The position numbers and the translations under genes are program-made. DNA of 64,000 bases from positions 64,001-128,000 of IMG/VR virus record IMGVR_UViG_3300017700_000931; one strand, written 5' to 3'. Below the pieces are notes generated by a model. The model saw only the letters and a program-made list of their open reading frames with translations. It had not been told where the DNA came from and did not search any database. The number at the start of each line of letters is the position of its first letter. The first letter of the stretch is position 1. Shown piece by piece: positions 16,320 through 25,432 of the stretch. Source of the stretch: a virus (Duplodnaviria; Caudoviricetes).

Positions 16320-16883
16320 TTAATATTCTTGACCTCCAAACATTTCACCATTAATGTCTGAATCATAAGTTGTTGTTGTAAATGTAAAATAGTGATTAAT
16401 GGCATCATAAGTTGTTGTTCCGAATTCAAATCTAAATAAAACACTCCCAATATTATAAGGTCCATATAATGTTTCTGGACATCCTTGTGAATCAGTAGTG
16501 TTTAAATGAATTATCATGGTATAATAACCATCTTCTTCCATATTATTACCATTTATTAAGTCATCACTAGTAAATTTCAATGTTGGTTCTGAAAAATTAA
16601 TATCATTAGGGTGTAAAACTAATGTATTAATTTTAATCCCACTAATATATTGGTCTATGACAATGCTATCTAAATCTTCAACAAACGCATTCGTTTTGAC
16701 AGCGAATTTAATTCCACCAGTTGTTTCAGTAGTATCAACTGGTGGCACAGTGGTTGTGTCAACCGGAGGTGGAGTATCAGTAGTATCAACCGGAGGTGGG
16801 GGTGGTGGAGGACCAGCATCTTTTTCACAAGAGGTAAATCCAAGACCAACAATCATCACAAACAAAAAGATTAAATTTTTCAT
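16320..16883 (-). CDS. Lipoprotein with Pro-rich PPVDTT repeats
   Basis: Signal peptide ending FTSC-EKD; three PPVDTT units. Confidence 0.8.
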   Translation of the reverse strand: MKNLIFLFVMIVGLGFTSCEKDAGPPPPPPPVDTTDTPPPVDTTTVPPVDTTETTGGIKFAVKTNAFVEDLDSIVIDQYISGIKINTLVLHPNDINFSEPTLKFTSDDLINGNNMEEDGYYTMIIHLNTTDSQGCPETLYGPYNIGSVLFRFEFGTTTYDAINHYFTFTTTTYDSDINGEMFGGQEY

Positions 16884-16941
16884 AATTTTTATTATTAATT
16901 TATACAAATATAAGTATTAATTTTCAATCCACCAAATTTTT

Positions 16942-17133
16942 TTAAGAATTTATTAGTTCAATCAATTTAACATTTAATAAATCAATCTTTCTTTGGTTCT
17001 CATCAATTTGTTTTTGAATGTTTGGTGGAATATTACCAGCATACTCACTTTTAAGTTTGGAGTTATTCTTTTCTAGTAAGCTACCTTGATTTACATAATC
17101 ATCGTATAATGCTGCTTTTTGGTCATTTTTCAT
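16942..17133 (-). CDS. Small coiled-coil protein
   Basis: 63-aa ORF coupled to the lipoprotein gene upstream. Confidence 0.65.
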   Translation of the reverse strand: MKNDQKAALYDDYVNQGSLLEKNNSKLKSEYAGNIPPNIQKQIDENQRKIDLLNVKLIELINS

Positions 17134-17625
17134 TTAATTAATTTTTATAAACCATGCATTTATGGTTGTCGCCGAGTTTTGTATATCTTCAAACTCAATG
17201 TTATTTATTACCTCATCCTCGAAAAAATACATTCCAAGTTGGCCAGAATAGTGACTACCACCAAATGGGGCAAAGAAGTATAGGCTCAAATCCTTATTAG
17301 TTGAACCAGTAATATTACTCAATTGGTAATTTCTAACACCCCCATTATTAAGTGTATAATGAGTATTGTCTACGAATTTTATTGTATCATTTGGGAACTC
17401 AATATTGAGTGGTGAAAAAACCACCTTTGTTAGAACCCATTCAGTACCAATTAATTCATTAACTGAACCACCGGACCCATTGGGTAACGTACCTCCGTTT
17501 GTATAGTCATCAGACCATAGTGTTGAGTCTATTTCCTCTTCAGGGACATCAATATATGGGGGTAATTCTTTTTCACACGAAATGAAAATAAGGCTTAAAA
17601 CTGTAAATAAAAGTAAATTTTTCAT
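17134..17625 (-). CDS. Lipoprotein (lipocalin-like beta domain possible)
   Basis: FISC-EKE lipobox; LIGTEWVLTKV beta-strand motif. Confidence 0.78.
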   Translation of the reverse strand: MKNLLLFTVLSLIFISCEKELPPYIDVPEEEIDSTLWSDDYTNGGTLPNGSGGSVNELIGTEWVLTKVVFSPLNIEFPNDTIKFVDNTHYTLNNGGVRNYQLSNITGSTNKDLSLYFFAPFGGSHYSGQLGMYFFEDEVINNIEFEDIQNSATTINAWFIKIN

Positions 17626-17697
17626 AATTAGTTGGTTTTAATGTACTACAAATATAATACAAATAAACCAATAATCCTAATTATTATAATAATATTT

Positions 17698-17922
17698 TTA
17701 CTGACCTTCTAAAATCTCCTCAATCATGCCGATGATTTCTTTAGACATTCTGTAGTATTCATCATCTTCTCTGGCCTCTATAAACATTTCTGCTGCTCGT
17801 TCACAATAACAACCCTCACACATGAAATGGTAAGACATCCTTGGTCCACCAATTATATGTGTTTCACAGAAATTGCAAAGTTCATCTTGGTCAATTTCTT
17901 CCTCGATTTCTTCATCCATCAA
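17698..17922 (-). CDS. Small Cys-rich protein
   Basis: CNFC and CEGCYC. Confidence 0.6.
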   Translation of the reverse strand: MMDEEIEEEIDQDELCNFCETHIIGGPRMSYHFMCEGCYCERAAEMFIEAREDDEYYRMSKEIIGMIEEILEGQ

Positions 17923-18320
17923 TTATTTTTATTTAAATTGGCTTGGATTATGAATTCCTTATGGACGGCATCTCGATACATATCTCGGTCTCCGGTGACA
18001 TTATTTCTTTCATAACATCTGGTACAAGTGAGTTCTCCTTTATTAATGACGAATGGCCAATCTGTTACAAATTCATTTTTACAACTCGGACATGTTTTCG
18101 TTTCTGGCTTTTCAGCTAGAACTTGAAATGGGAATTTGTTTGGGATTGCATCGATTCGTTCATCAACCCAAACAAAACCCTCTTTACAGGTTCTTACTTT
18201 GTGTATTGAACCATGGTTATATAAATCACAATGTTTATTGTGCTCACTGGATATCATTTGAATTAAAAATGGTGGACTCAATGTTCTACCAACACGTTTT
18301 TCGTTCTCTTCTTGATTCAT
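17919..18320 (-). CDS. Zn-finger-like hypothetical protein
   Basis: CPSC...CTRC. Confidence 0.65.
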   Translation of the reverse strand: MNQEENEKRVGRTLSPPFLIQMISSEHNKHCDLYNHGSIHKVRTCKEGFVWVDERIDAIPNKFPFQVLAEKPETKTCPSCKNEFVTDWPFVINKGELTCTRCYERNNVTGDRDMYRDAVHKEFIIQANLNKNN

Positions 18321-18925
18321 AATTTTTTCTTTTGATTTTCTAACCACGTTTTAACATACTGGGTTCGGTGGTATGAACAAATACCATGTTTTAAAATACC
18401 CTCACCATGTTTTTTGCAGTAATAACCCTTACTACCATTGAAATTATATTGTGGGTGTATCTTATGGACCTTAGTCATGTAATCATCACGACTAACCTTA
18501 GCTAAAATAGATGCGGCAGCGATTGATAAAAATGTATTATCACCCTTCACCACACAAGTATAAGGAACGTTGTTCCAATCAAGCCATTGGTCGCCATCAA
18601 TCAATAAATGTGTTGGTTTAACCGATAAGTTATCCAAACACTTATGCATTGTTAAAAAAGTAGTGGCATTAATACCCTCTGCATTAATAAGCTTAGCTGA
18701 ACCAGCCTGTATTGAATATGTAATGGCATTTTCAATGATAATTTCATATGCTTTTCTACGTTTAGTTTCTGTTAATTGTTTTGAATCAATTATTAATTTA
18801 TGTTCAAAGTCTGGCGGAAAAATCACAGCAGCAGTCACTACTGGTCCAGCAAAACAGCCTCTACCTACTTCATCCAAACCAGCAACATATCTGATGCCAC
18901 TTTCTCTGGAATAATTTCTAAGCAT
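18317..18925 (-). CDS. rnhB: Ribonuclease HII
   Basis: AGLDEVGRGCFAGPVV, DSKQL, LIDG, VKGD...SIAAASILAKV.RD. Confidence 0.95.
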   Translation of the reverse strand: MLRNYSRESGIRYVAGLDEVGRGCFAGPVVTAAVIFPPDFEHKLIIDSKQLTETKRRKAYEIIIENAITYSIQAGSAKLINAEGINATTFLTMHKCLDNLSVKPTHLLIDGDQWLDWNNVPYTCVVKGDNTFLSIAAASILAKVSRDDYMTKVHKIHPQYNFNGSKGYYCKKHGEGILKHGICSYHRTQYVKTWLENQKKKL

Positions 18926-19124
18926 AAAATTTTTTAAGTTTTGGTTTTATAGAATCATTACCCAATGACTCCAAATCCGGTTTCTCAACAATAGGTAATG
19001 TATTTCTGATAAATTCTCTAAAATCAGCATCAGATAGCTTATCATTGTCAACATTAGCCATTACAGTTCCAATAAAATTTTTTGCTGGAACTTTCCAATT
19101 ATTTGGTGTTTTATTATCACTCAT
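18918..19124 (-). CDS. Hypothetical protein
   Basis: 68-aa ORF behind promoter 19130; ends in TAG. Confidence 0.65.
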   Translation of the reverse strand: MSDNKTPNNWKVPAKNFIGTVMANVDNDKLSDADFREFIRNTLPIVEKPDLESLGNDSIKPKLKKFYA

Positions 19125-19148
19125 AATCGCAAAGATATGAATAATTAT

Positions 19149-19400
19149 TTAACTTTCCAAATCATATGTGAATTTGGCTCCCTTTTTAATAAATTTAACC
19201 AATATCCCACCTAGTTCTATTTCAAAGACTTCTTGATGCTCAAAACCTACTAAACCACCAGTTAATTTGATGCATAATTCTTCATCCAATTGTCTGTGTC
19301 TAATTTCATCTAATTCATAGATAAGTGTAAGACCAACTTTATCAATTTGGTCGTTATCCACGATATTGCTTATTGTTTGTATGATTTTTTCGTATGTCAT
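19149..19400 (-). CDS. Hypothetical protein
   Basis: 83-aa coupled ORF. Confidence 0.7.
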   Translation of the reverse strand: MTYEKIIQTISNIVDNDQIDKVGLTLIYELDEIRHRQLDEELCIKLTGGLVGFEHQEVFEIELGGILVKFIKKGAKFTYDLES

Positions 19401-19401
19401 T

Positions 19402-19728
19402 TTAAAATTTTGTAAATATGCTTTTAAACCAAGTAAAAAATCGTTTTATTAAGGATGGTTTAATGATTTTAACCCTATTTGGGTTTTCTTTGATTTTAGT
19501 CCCCAGACCAGTTTTTAATTCATTAATAAATCGCTCTTTGGCTAAATCAGTTTTTATTTTAGTGGATTTAATATCTGATTCAATCATATCATAACTTTCA
19601 CGACTAGCAATTTCTTCTTCTTTCTCAATTTCATTAATCAATTTTCGTTGTTTAACACCATTGACAGCTAATATCTCATGAATGCTCATATAACCATTTT
19701 CAATACTATAATCCTTTTTGTTCGCCAT
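19402..19728 (-). CDS. Hypothetical protein
   Basis: 108-aa coupled ORF. Confidence 0.7.
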   Translation of the reverse strand: MANKKDYSIENGYMSIHEILAVNGVKQRKLINEIEKEEEIASRESYDMIESDIKSTKIKTDLAKERFINELKTGLGTKIKENPNRVKIIKPSLIKRFFTWFKSIFTKF

Positions 19729-19729
19729 T

Positions 19730-20128
19730 TTATTTCAACAATTTATCAATCTTATCAATGATATTCGGATATAAAGGTTCTGGTAGATTGCTTAAATCAC
19801 ACCAGATATAATCCAAATTTTCATAGTCCAATGTAGGTATAAATTCATTATCAGTCAAGCCTTCATAATAATAAAACTTACCATTTCGCTCATTTTCGTC
19901 ATGAATTCTAGTAAATTCAATAATATTTGGGTCTATTTGACACTCTTCATAAATTTCTCGTTTAAGACCTTCTAAAACATCTTCACCATCATTTATTCCA
20001 CCACTAATTAATCCCCAAGTTAGTGGATGAATCGCATTTGGATTTCTTAACATCAAAAACACCCTATTAGTATCTTTAGCTTTCACTAAAACACCAGCAA
20101 ATTTATCTTCAGTCCTTTTTTCCATCAT
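19730..20128 (-). CDS. NUDIX hydrolase
   Basis: Nudix box-like SGGINDGEDVLEGLKREIYEECQI. Confidence 0.88.
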   Translation of the reverse strand: MMEKRTEDKFAGVLVKAKDTNRVFLMLRNPNAIHPLTWGLISGGINDGEDVLEGLKREIYEECQIDPNIIEFTRIHDENERNGKFYYYEGLTDNEFIPTLDYENLDYIWCDLSNLPEPLYPNIIDKIDKLLK

Positions 20129-20193
20129 TACTTTATCTATAAATATTTACTTATTATCACCAAATCTGTAAGTTTAAAATAAAACATTTACTT

Positions 20194-20538
20194 ATGGTAT
20201 CTTTATTAATTTTTATTCTAGTTGCTTACGGAGCAAGCAATATTATGGTTTTTAGTTCAATTTTCAGTAGATTTAGGGAACTAGTTGGGGTGAACCGAGA
20301 TAATCCACCGTTTTTTGGTAAATTATTTGGTTGTATGATGTGTCTACCTTTTTGGTGGGGAATCATTTTATCACTATTTTTATTTTCACCAACGCTTAGT
20401 ACAAATTTAATGAAAAATATCGATATTTTCGAACTATTTACCATTAATAAAATTATTTTAAGCACATTTTTTGATGGATGTTTAGCATCCGGGGCAGTAT
20501 GGTTAATTCATACAATTCAAGAGAAATTAGAAAAATAA
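20194..20538 (+). CDS. Membrane protein (DUF1360-like)
   Basis: Several TM helices with a CMMCLPFWWG motif. Confidence 0.7.
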   Translation: MVSLLIFILVAYGASNIMVFSSIFSRFRELVGVNRDNPPFFGKLFGCMMCLPFWWGIILSLFLFSPTLSTNLMKNIDIFELFTINKIILSTFFDGCLASGAVWLIHTIQEKLEK

Positions 20539-20566
20539 TAAAGGCCCCATTGGGGCCTTTATTATT
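20534..20566. terminator. Bidirectional terminator
   Basis: AATAATAAAGGCCCCA/TGGGGCCTTTATTATT between convergent genes. Confidence 0.75.
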
Positions 20567-21215
20567 AAATAGCTAGTTTTTCGTCAACACATACTGGGCA
20601 TACTTCATCACCAATACATTTACATACTAATTCTGGTTCCGTATAATCTTCCAATTCTATAGAGCCCTTTGGTGGTAATTCTATTTTTTGATTCCCTACC
20701 TTAGCTCTATTAGGAATTTTTTTTTGTGATACTTCTTCAGTTGGTTTTTTGACTTCAATTGGTTTGTCCTCAACAATATTTTCGATTGGGGCTGGGTCAA
20801 CATCAGAAATTGTTATTTCGTTATCAAAGTCATTCGGCATAATATCAGGAATTAATTTTTCCCCACCAAGGACAAACTTCATACCCAATAATTTGTTTAA
20901 TGAATTTTTTTTGAAAACTTCTTTCAATTCTTCGGTTTTAACCTTTAGTAATTCATACTTTTTTTCTCTTTCGATGTTGATATTAATTACTTGTTCGATA
21001 AAGTCTAATACATCGTCTAAACCTAGGTCTTCTTTTTCAGTATAAAACATATAATAATTTAAGTCCTTATCTTCGCCCTTTACTGCACTAACAAGTTTAG
21101 ATTGTGGAACCCCCCAACCATCCTTAAATACAACATCAACTACCGCTGTTCCATTTGCAAATCGCATTTGCAAAACATATGGTTGTAATGATTTTATTCT
21201 TTGTTCAAAATTCAT
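20565..21215 (-). CDS. Hypothetical protein with C-terminal Cys motif
   Basis: Start trimmed to MNFEQR; ends CKC..DEVCPVC. Confidence 0.75.
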   Translation of the reverse strand: MNFEQRIKSLQPYVLQMRFANGTAVVDVVFKDGWGVPQSKLVSAVKGEDKDLNYYMFYTEKEDLGLDDVLDFIEQVININIEREKKYELLKVKTEELKEVFKKNSLNKLLGMKFVLGGEKLIPDIMPNDFDNEITISDVDPAPIENIVEDKPIEVKKPTEEVSQKKIPNRAKVGNQKIELPPKGSIELEDYTEPELVCKCIGDEVCPVCVDEKLAI

Positions 21216-21225
21216 AATTAAATTT

Positions 21226-21396
21226 TTATTCGCCTGATTGTGGCTGAGTAGGTTTTTTTGGCTCAATAGCAATTCGTAAAGTTTGTAAAGCAACACTTAC
21301 GCTAGCAGCCTCATCAATAGATGTTAATATACCACCATTTGCGATGCAAAGATTTGATACATTTTTTAAAATCTGTAATGCTTGTTCTGGATTCAT
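21226..21396 (-). CDS. Small hypothetical protein (56 aa)
   Basis: Not in ORF track; MNPEQALQILKNVSNL... fills the gap on the coding strand. Confidence 0.6.
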   Translation of the reverse strand: MNPEQALQILKNVSNLCIANGGILTSIDEAASVSVALQTLRIAIEPKKPTQPQSGE

Positions 21397-21411
21397 TTTT
21401 TTTAGTAATTT

Positions 21412-21618
21412 TTATATTGTTATTCCTGTGAATATACTAGATATCATATAGGCTAAAGATAAGCCCAAAAATATTAAAGATGTTGTACCCATTCGATATT
21501 TAATTGGTGTTTCTTCATCCGATTTAACCCATGCTTGAATAAAATAATACGCATGTCTAATAACGTTAAGGGTACTTAACACAAATACCATCACTAATAT
21601 TTTGTTTATAATTTCCAT
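21412..21618 (-). CDS. Small two-TM membrane protein
   Basis: Two hydrophobic segments. Confidence 0.65.
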   Translation of the reverse strand: MEIINKILVMVFVLSTLNVIRHAYYFIQAWVKSDEETPIKYRMGTTSLIFLGLSLAYMISSIFTGITI

Positions 21619-21622
21619 AGTA

Positions 21623-21796
21623 TTAATTCTTATTCGCTTGTGAGATTTCGATTCTCATTTCTTGTGCTACTCGTTTAATTTCTTGTAAACCTTTTCTAAC
21701 TCGCACTCCGGCTATTTTAGTTCCTTTTTCAAAAAATTTTTCTGAATCTGCCTCAATTGAAGCAATTAATTGTTTTAATTCATTAAGCTTTTCCAT
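21623..21796 (-). CDS. Histone H1-like (Hc1-family) protein
   Basis: Not in ORF track; MEKLNELKQLIASIEADSEKFFEKGTKIAGVRVRKGLQEIKRVAQEMR matches the Bacteroidota Hc1-like KF..KG...AG.R.RK..QE pattern. Confidence 0.8.
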   Translation of the reverse strand: MEKLNELKQLIASIEADSEKFFEKGTKIAGVRVRKGLQEIKRVAQEMRIEISQANKN

Positions 21797-22016
21797 CTTG
21801 TTCTATGTTTTTTTCATTTGTTATAGGCAAATATGTTTTCCATTTATTCACCATTAGGTCATTTTTTACGAGATTATCTAAGGCAACCTTAATTTGATTA
21901 ACTTTATCTGGTATATTACCATTTAGATTGATTACTCGCTCTAACTCTTCTTCTAACTGTAATCTGTCATTGACTAAGTCAGTTAATACAATATTGAATA
22001 TGTTAAATGCATCCAT
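21783..22016 (-). CDS. Hypothetical coiled-coil protein
   Basis: 77-aa ORF. Confidence 0.65.
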   Translation of the reverse strand: MDAFNIFNIVLTDLVNDRLQLEEELERVINLNGNIPDKVNQIKVALDNLVKNDLMVNKWKTYLPITNEKNIEQDGKA

Positions 22017-22055
22017 GATAGGGTAATAATACTAGAAGTATTTTAAAAATAAAGT

Positions 22056-22547
22056 CTAAAAATCAAGTTTTTTACCATTTTTCATGGATTTTTCGAACAT
22101 TTGATAGACATCAATGAACGTATCGACATCAGAACGTGTCTTAACTATCTTGTAATTGAAGATGTATTTCCACAATTTAATTATATTGTGATTTATGTTT
22201 GTATCGGAATTTTTTTCATCAACAGAATAATATACTTCAACCATAAAGTTTGAGAAATAATCAAATAATTCTTGATTATTGCCAATATGTATTCCCTCCA
22301 GTTCAAAATTTTTAATAGTCCTATTCCAACACCACTTAAAATGATTCAATCTTTGTTCATCGTTAGTAATGGAATCACCCATATAGGTATCAAAAATTAA
22401 ATCAGATAATGACACCACAAAATCACAAAACAAATCACATTTTTCAAACATTATATAGTTAGAGCTATATAATAACTCAATGCTTGTTTTGCTTAATGGG
22501 TTGGTAATATAGCTCAAAAATTCCTTTGTATTTTTTAACTTACTCAT
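22056..22547 (-). CDS. Hypothetical protein
   Basis: 163-aa ORF; ends in TAG. Confidence 0.75.
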   Translation of the reverse strand: MSKLKNTKEFLSYITNPLSKTSIELLYSSNYIMFEKCDLFCDFVVSLSDLIFDTYMGDSITNDEQRLNHFKWCWNRTIKNFELEGIHIGNNQELFDYFSNFMVEVYYSVDEKNSDTNINHNIIKLWKYIFNYKIVKTRSDVDTFIDVYQMFEKSMKNGKKLDF

Positions 22548-22582
22548 ATCCTAATATATGATATGTTTAAAGAAATTAAATA

Positions 22583-23581
22583 TTATTTCAAGCTTTTTAT
22601 CATTTTTATCAAGTTCGGTTGTGGAGACATATCAAATTTGTCTTTTCTAACATTGGTGTGTGTCCATAAACCATATTTTTTTGCATTATAAGCATCGGTA
22701 TTGAATTCAAATGCTTCTGCTGGTGTCTTACTTTCTAATTCTTCTAATAACCCCTTAGTGATGTCAATAGTTGGGTAGATTTCTTTGATGTGTAGAATTA
22801 ACAATCTAAGACTTTCTATTTGTGCATCAGAATATTTATGCCAATATTGATAACCTCTGAATTTGTAACCCAAATCAATAACTTGGTCCAATGGTACCTC
22901 AGTATTTACGTAAGTAAAAAATTTATCATCCTTTTTAGTTACATAACCAAAGTTATTCACCTCAATACCTACTGATAATTTAGATGCATTAAAATTACCG
23001 ACTTCACCTAAATGCCAACCAATATAATTGTTAGGTATACATTCTACTACCACACCATCATATACCACTGTACCTTTAATACTTGGTCCACCAATAACAT
23101 ATTGTGTTCCAACACGACCTCTATCATCACCATTCCATGAATTAATACAATTATATGGGTTATCCCATCCGGCAGTATGGTGGATAAATAAATTCTTTGG
23201 CAATATCTTTCCGTAGTCCTTAACGTATTCATCAGTATCCAAGTATGCTTTATCAATCTTAAGACCTAATGTGGTATTATATGAACCCAAATATGCTAAT
23301 TTACCATCAGTATCATTAGCGGGTGGTGATTTCACAACATCATCCTTTGGTGCTACTGTGTCTTGTCTATCAGTATCGATACCTTCTAAAAGATATTTCA
23401 ATGTAGTTGGACCCACTTTACCATCATCCTTAATTTTTTTTGATAATTGGAAGGCTTTCACTGATGCCTCAGTCTTAGGACCAAAGTCCCCATCAATCTT
23501 CCCATCATAAAAACCTTTGTTTTTTAATAATTGTTGAATTTCCTTAACAGCTCTGCCGTTATCCCCTAATTTTACTACCAT
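22583..23581 (-). CDS. Endolysin: peptidoglycan-binding domain + N-acetylmuramoyl-L-alanine amidase
   Basis: G.G.AVKEIQQLL..DGDFGPKTEASVKAFQ..DGKVGPTT; IHHTAG, SVGIEVNN, HTNVRKDK.D. Confidence 0.9.
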   Translation of the reverse strand: MVVKLGDNGRAVKEIQQLLKNKGFYDGKIDGDFGPKTEASVKAFQLSKKIKDDGKVGPTTLKYLLEGIDTDRQDTVAPKDDVVKSPPANDTDGKLAYLGSYNTTLGLKIDKAYLDTDEYVKDYGKILPKNLFIHHTAGWDNPYNCINSWNGDDRGRVGTQYVIGGPSIKGTVVYDGVVVECIPNNYIGWHLGEVGNFNASKLSVGIEVNNFGYVTKKDDKFFTYVNTEVPLDQVIDLGYKFRGYQYWHKYSDAQIESLRLLILHIKEIYPTIDITKGLLEELESKTPAEAFEFNTDAYNAKKYGLWTHTNVRKDKFDMSPQPNLIKMIKSLK

Positions 23582-23654
23582 AATAACATTTTATTAATAA
23601 ATAGTTTGGTGGATTGGAAAATTCTACTTATCTTTGTGACAAGCATCTAACATT

Positions 23655-24035
23655 ATGAAGAAGATTTATAACATAGTTTGCATACCGAGTTTACTTTTAC
23701 ATGAGTTATTACACATAGTAATGACCATTGTGGTTTTCTCAAGCTGGATGGGCATTAAAATTAAAAAACATGCTGATTTCAATAAAACATTTGGATTCAC
23801 ATTCATTGTTTTTAGTGTTTCCAAATATCGGTTTCAAAACACCTTAATACATTTAGCTCCGTTTTTTGCATTTTCATTACCACTAGTATTTTTCTTTATG
23901 GACCCATACATAGGTATTCTTGTTTGGTTATACCAATTGATTACAATACCAGTCGCCATGCCTAGTAAAGAAGATTATTTGGCTATTGCGAACTATAAAA
24001 CTAATGCTGAATTAATTCACGAATTATACGAATAA
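23655..24035 (+). CDS. Membrane protein with HExxH (putative metalloprotease)
   Basis: LLHELLH in a TM segment, LAP motif, S..D; own promoter TATCTTTG at 23629. Confidence 0.65.
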   Translation: MKKIYNIVCIPSLLLHELLHIVMTIVVFSSWMGIKIKKHADFNKTFGFTFIVFSVSKYRFQNTLIHLAPFFAFSLPLVFFFMDPYIGILVWLYQLITIPVAMPSKEDYLAIANYKTNAELIHELYE

Positions 24036-24036
24036 A

Positions 24037-24060
24037 AAAAGCCACCCATGGGTGGCTTTT
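24037..24060. terminator. Bidirectional terminator
   Basis: AAAAGCCACCCATGGGTGGCTTTT perfect palindrome. Confidence 0.75.
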
Positions 24061-24080
24061 GTTTTTTTATATTTTTTTGG

Positions 24081-25340
24081 TTATGCACCAACTGTTCCAG
24101 AACTTGAACCAGCAGCCATTTTACCTAAACCGGATGCACCAGCTTTGTAAATCAACATACCTTTAATTGGCATCAATTTTCCTCTAAATTTATTTGCAGT
24201 ACCTTGTCTGATAAGTGATTCTTTATCAACTTTCATTCCTTTTTCAATTGCCTTATCGATAATTGCTAGAAATTCTTGTTCTCTTTGTTGAACAACATCA
24301 CCCTTTTCCATACCCAAGAAATCTCTCCAACCTTCATCGATTAATGATTCCATCACTTCTTCTCCTTCAGTTTCTTCAACTTCTGTCAATTCAGCTTCTT
24401 CTTCTGATTCAGTCAATAATGATTTAGTCTTATCCATGATTTGTCTGAATGTAGCATTTTCAGTCAATCTTTCATCACCTTTAAGTAAACCAAGAGTATC
24501 TTTTGATTTATACCCCATAAGGTGTTTCATTTTTTGAATGTCCTCGTTAACCATGTTAGCGTCGCAAGCTGTTTCAACAATAGCTCTACCTTCAGTAGCT
24601 GAACCTTCCCATCTAATGTTATAAGTTTCATTACCATCAGTCATTTCGAATTCTTTCAAATCTACTCTATATGTTTCAGGTATTAATCTCAATGCATTTC
24701 CTACGCCATCGAATGGTTTTTTAAACCTTAGTCTTTTTTTCATTTTTGTTTCGTTTAACTGTTTATTGTTATTTGCTTTATTTTCAACAGCGACTTTTCT
24801 AGCTTTACCTCTGGTTTTTTCATTACCAGAATTTTCAATATCATCACCGAATTGAATTAATTTATATTCAGCATCATTTCTTTTTTTAGTTGACGCTTTA
24901 ACTGCTTTTACTATTTCTTCACCAGTATGTTTACCACCAGATGAACCCCACACTTCTTCAGTGTTTCCGTTATCTTTACCAGTGTAGGTTTTATTCCCCA
25001 TTTTAGAATCACCTTTTAGAGCCATTTCAGCTCTTTCTTTGAAATTCTCAGTTGGTTCATTATCATATTTCAACATTTCTTGTCCATTAAGAATTTCCAT
25101 CTCATCATGGTATTCTTTTTCTTCTGAACTCAGTTCACGTTTTACTGGAACAATGGCATCTTTATCCTCTTGTTTTGCAGCTTTATCGTAATCTTTCATT
25201 TTTTTGTTAACATCAGTATAGTATTCACTATTTACCTTTTTTTCGGCTTTTTGAACCTTTTCAGCAGTAGCAAGACCATTAGGTTTATCTTCATTAATGA
25301 GATTACCGGATAAGTGTTTATTTATTAAATTTTTATACAT
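24081..25340 (-). CDS. Late, charged hypothetical protein (possible head-internal protein)
   Basis: 419 aa, Lys/Glu-rich with many (L/I)xE motifs. Confidence 0.75.
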   Translation of the reverse strand: MYKNLINKHLSGNLINEDKPNGLATAEKVQKAEKKVNSEYYTDVNKKMKDYDKAAKQEDKDAIVPVKRELSSEEKEYHDEMEILNGQEMLKYDNEPTENFKERAEMALKGDSKMGNKTYTGKDNGNTEEVWGSSGGKHTGEEIVKAVKASTKKRNDAEYKLIQFGDDIENSGNEKTRGKARKVAVENKANNNKQLNETKMKKRLRFKKPFDGVGNALRLIPETYRVDLKEFEMTDGNETYNIRWEGSATEGRAIVETACDANMVNEDIQKMKHLMGYKSKDTLGLLKGDERLTENATFRQIMDKTKSLLTESEEEAELTEVEETEGEEVMESLIDEGWRDFLGMEKGDVVQQREQEFLAIIDKAIEKGMKVDKESLIRQGTANKFRGKLMPIKGMLIYKAGASGLGKMAAGSSSGTVGA

Positions 25341-25341
25341 C

Positions 25342-25401
25342 TTAAAATAGTTTTATAGTCATACCTGTAATCCAAATCTAAACTTCAGAATGTTTTGACA
25401 T
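25342..25401 (-). other. Upstream ORF MSKHSEV*IWITGMTIKLF* with an internal TAG
   Basis: Begins right after the TATTTATA motif; TAG at 25378-25380; the final TAA is 1 nt before the ATG at 25340. Confidence 0.4.
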
Positions 25402-25432
25402 TTTATTATAAATATATGAAATAAGAGTAAAA

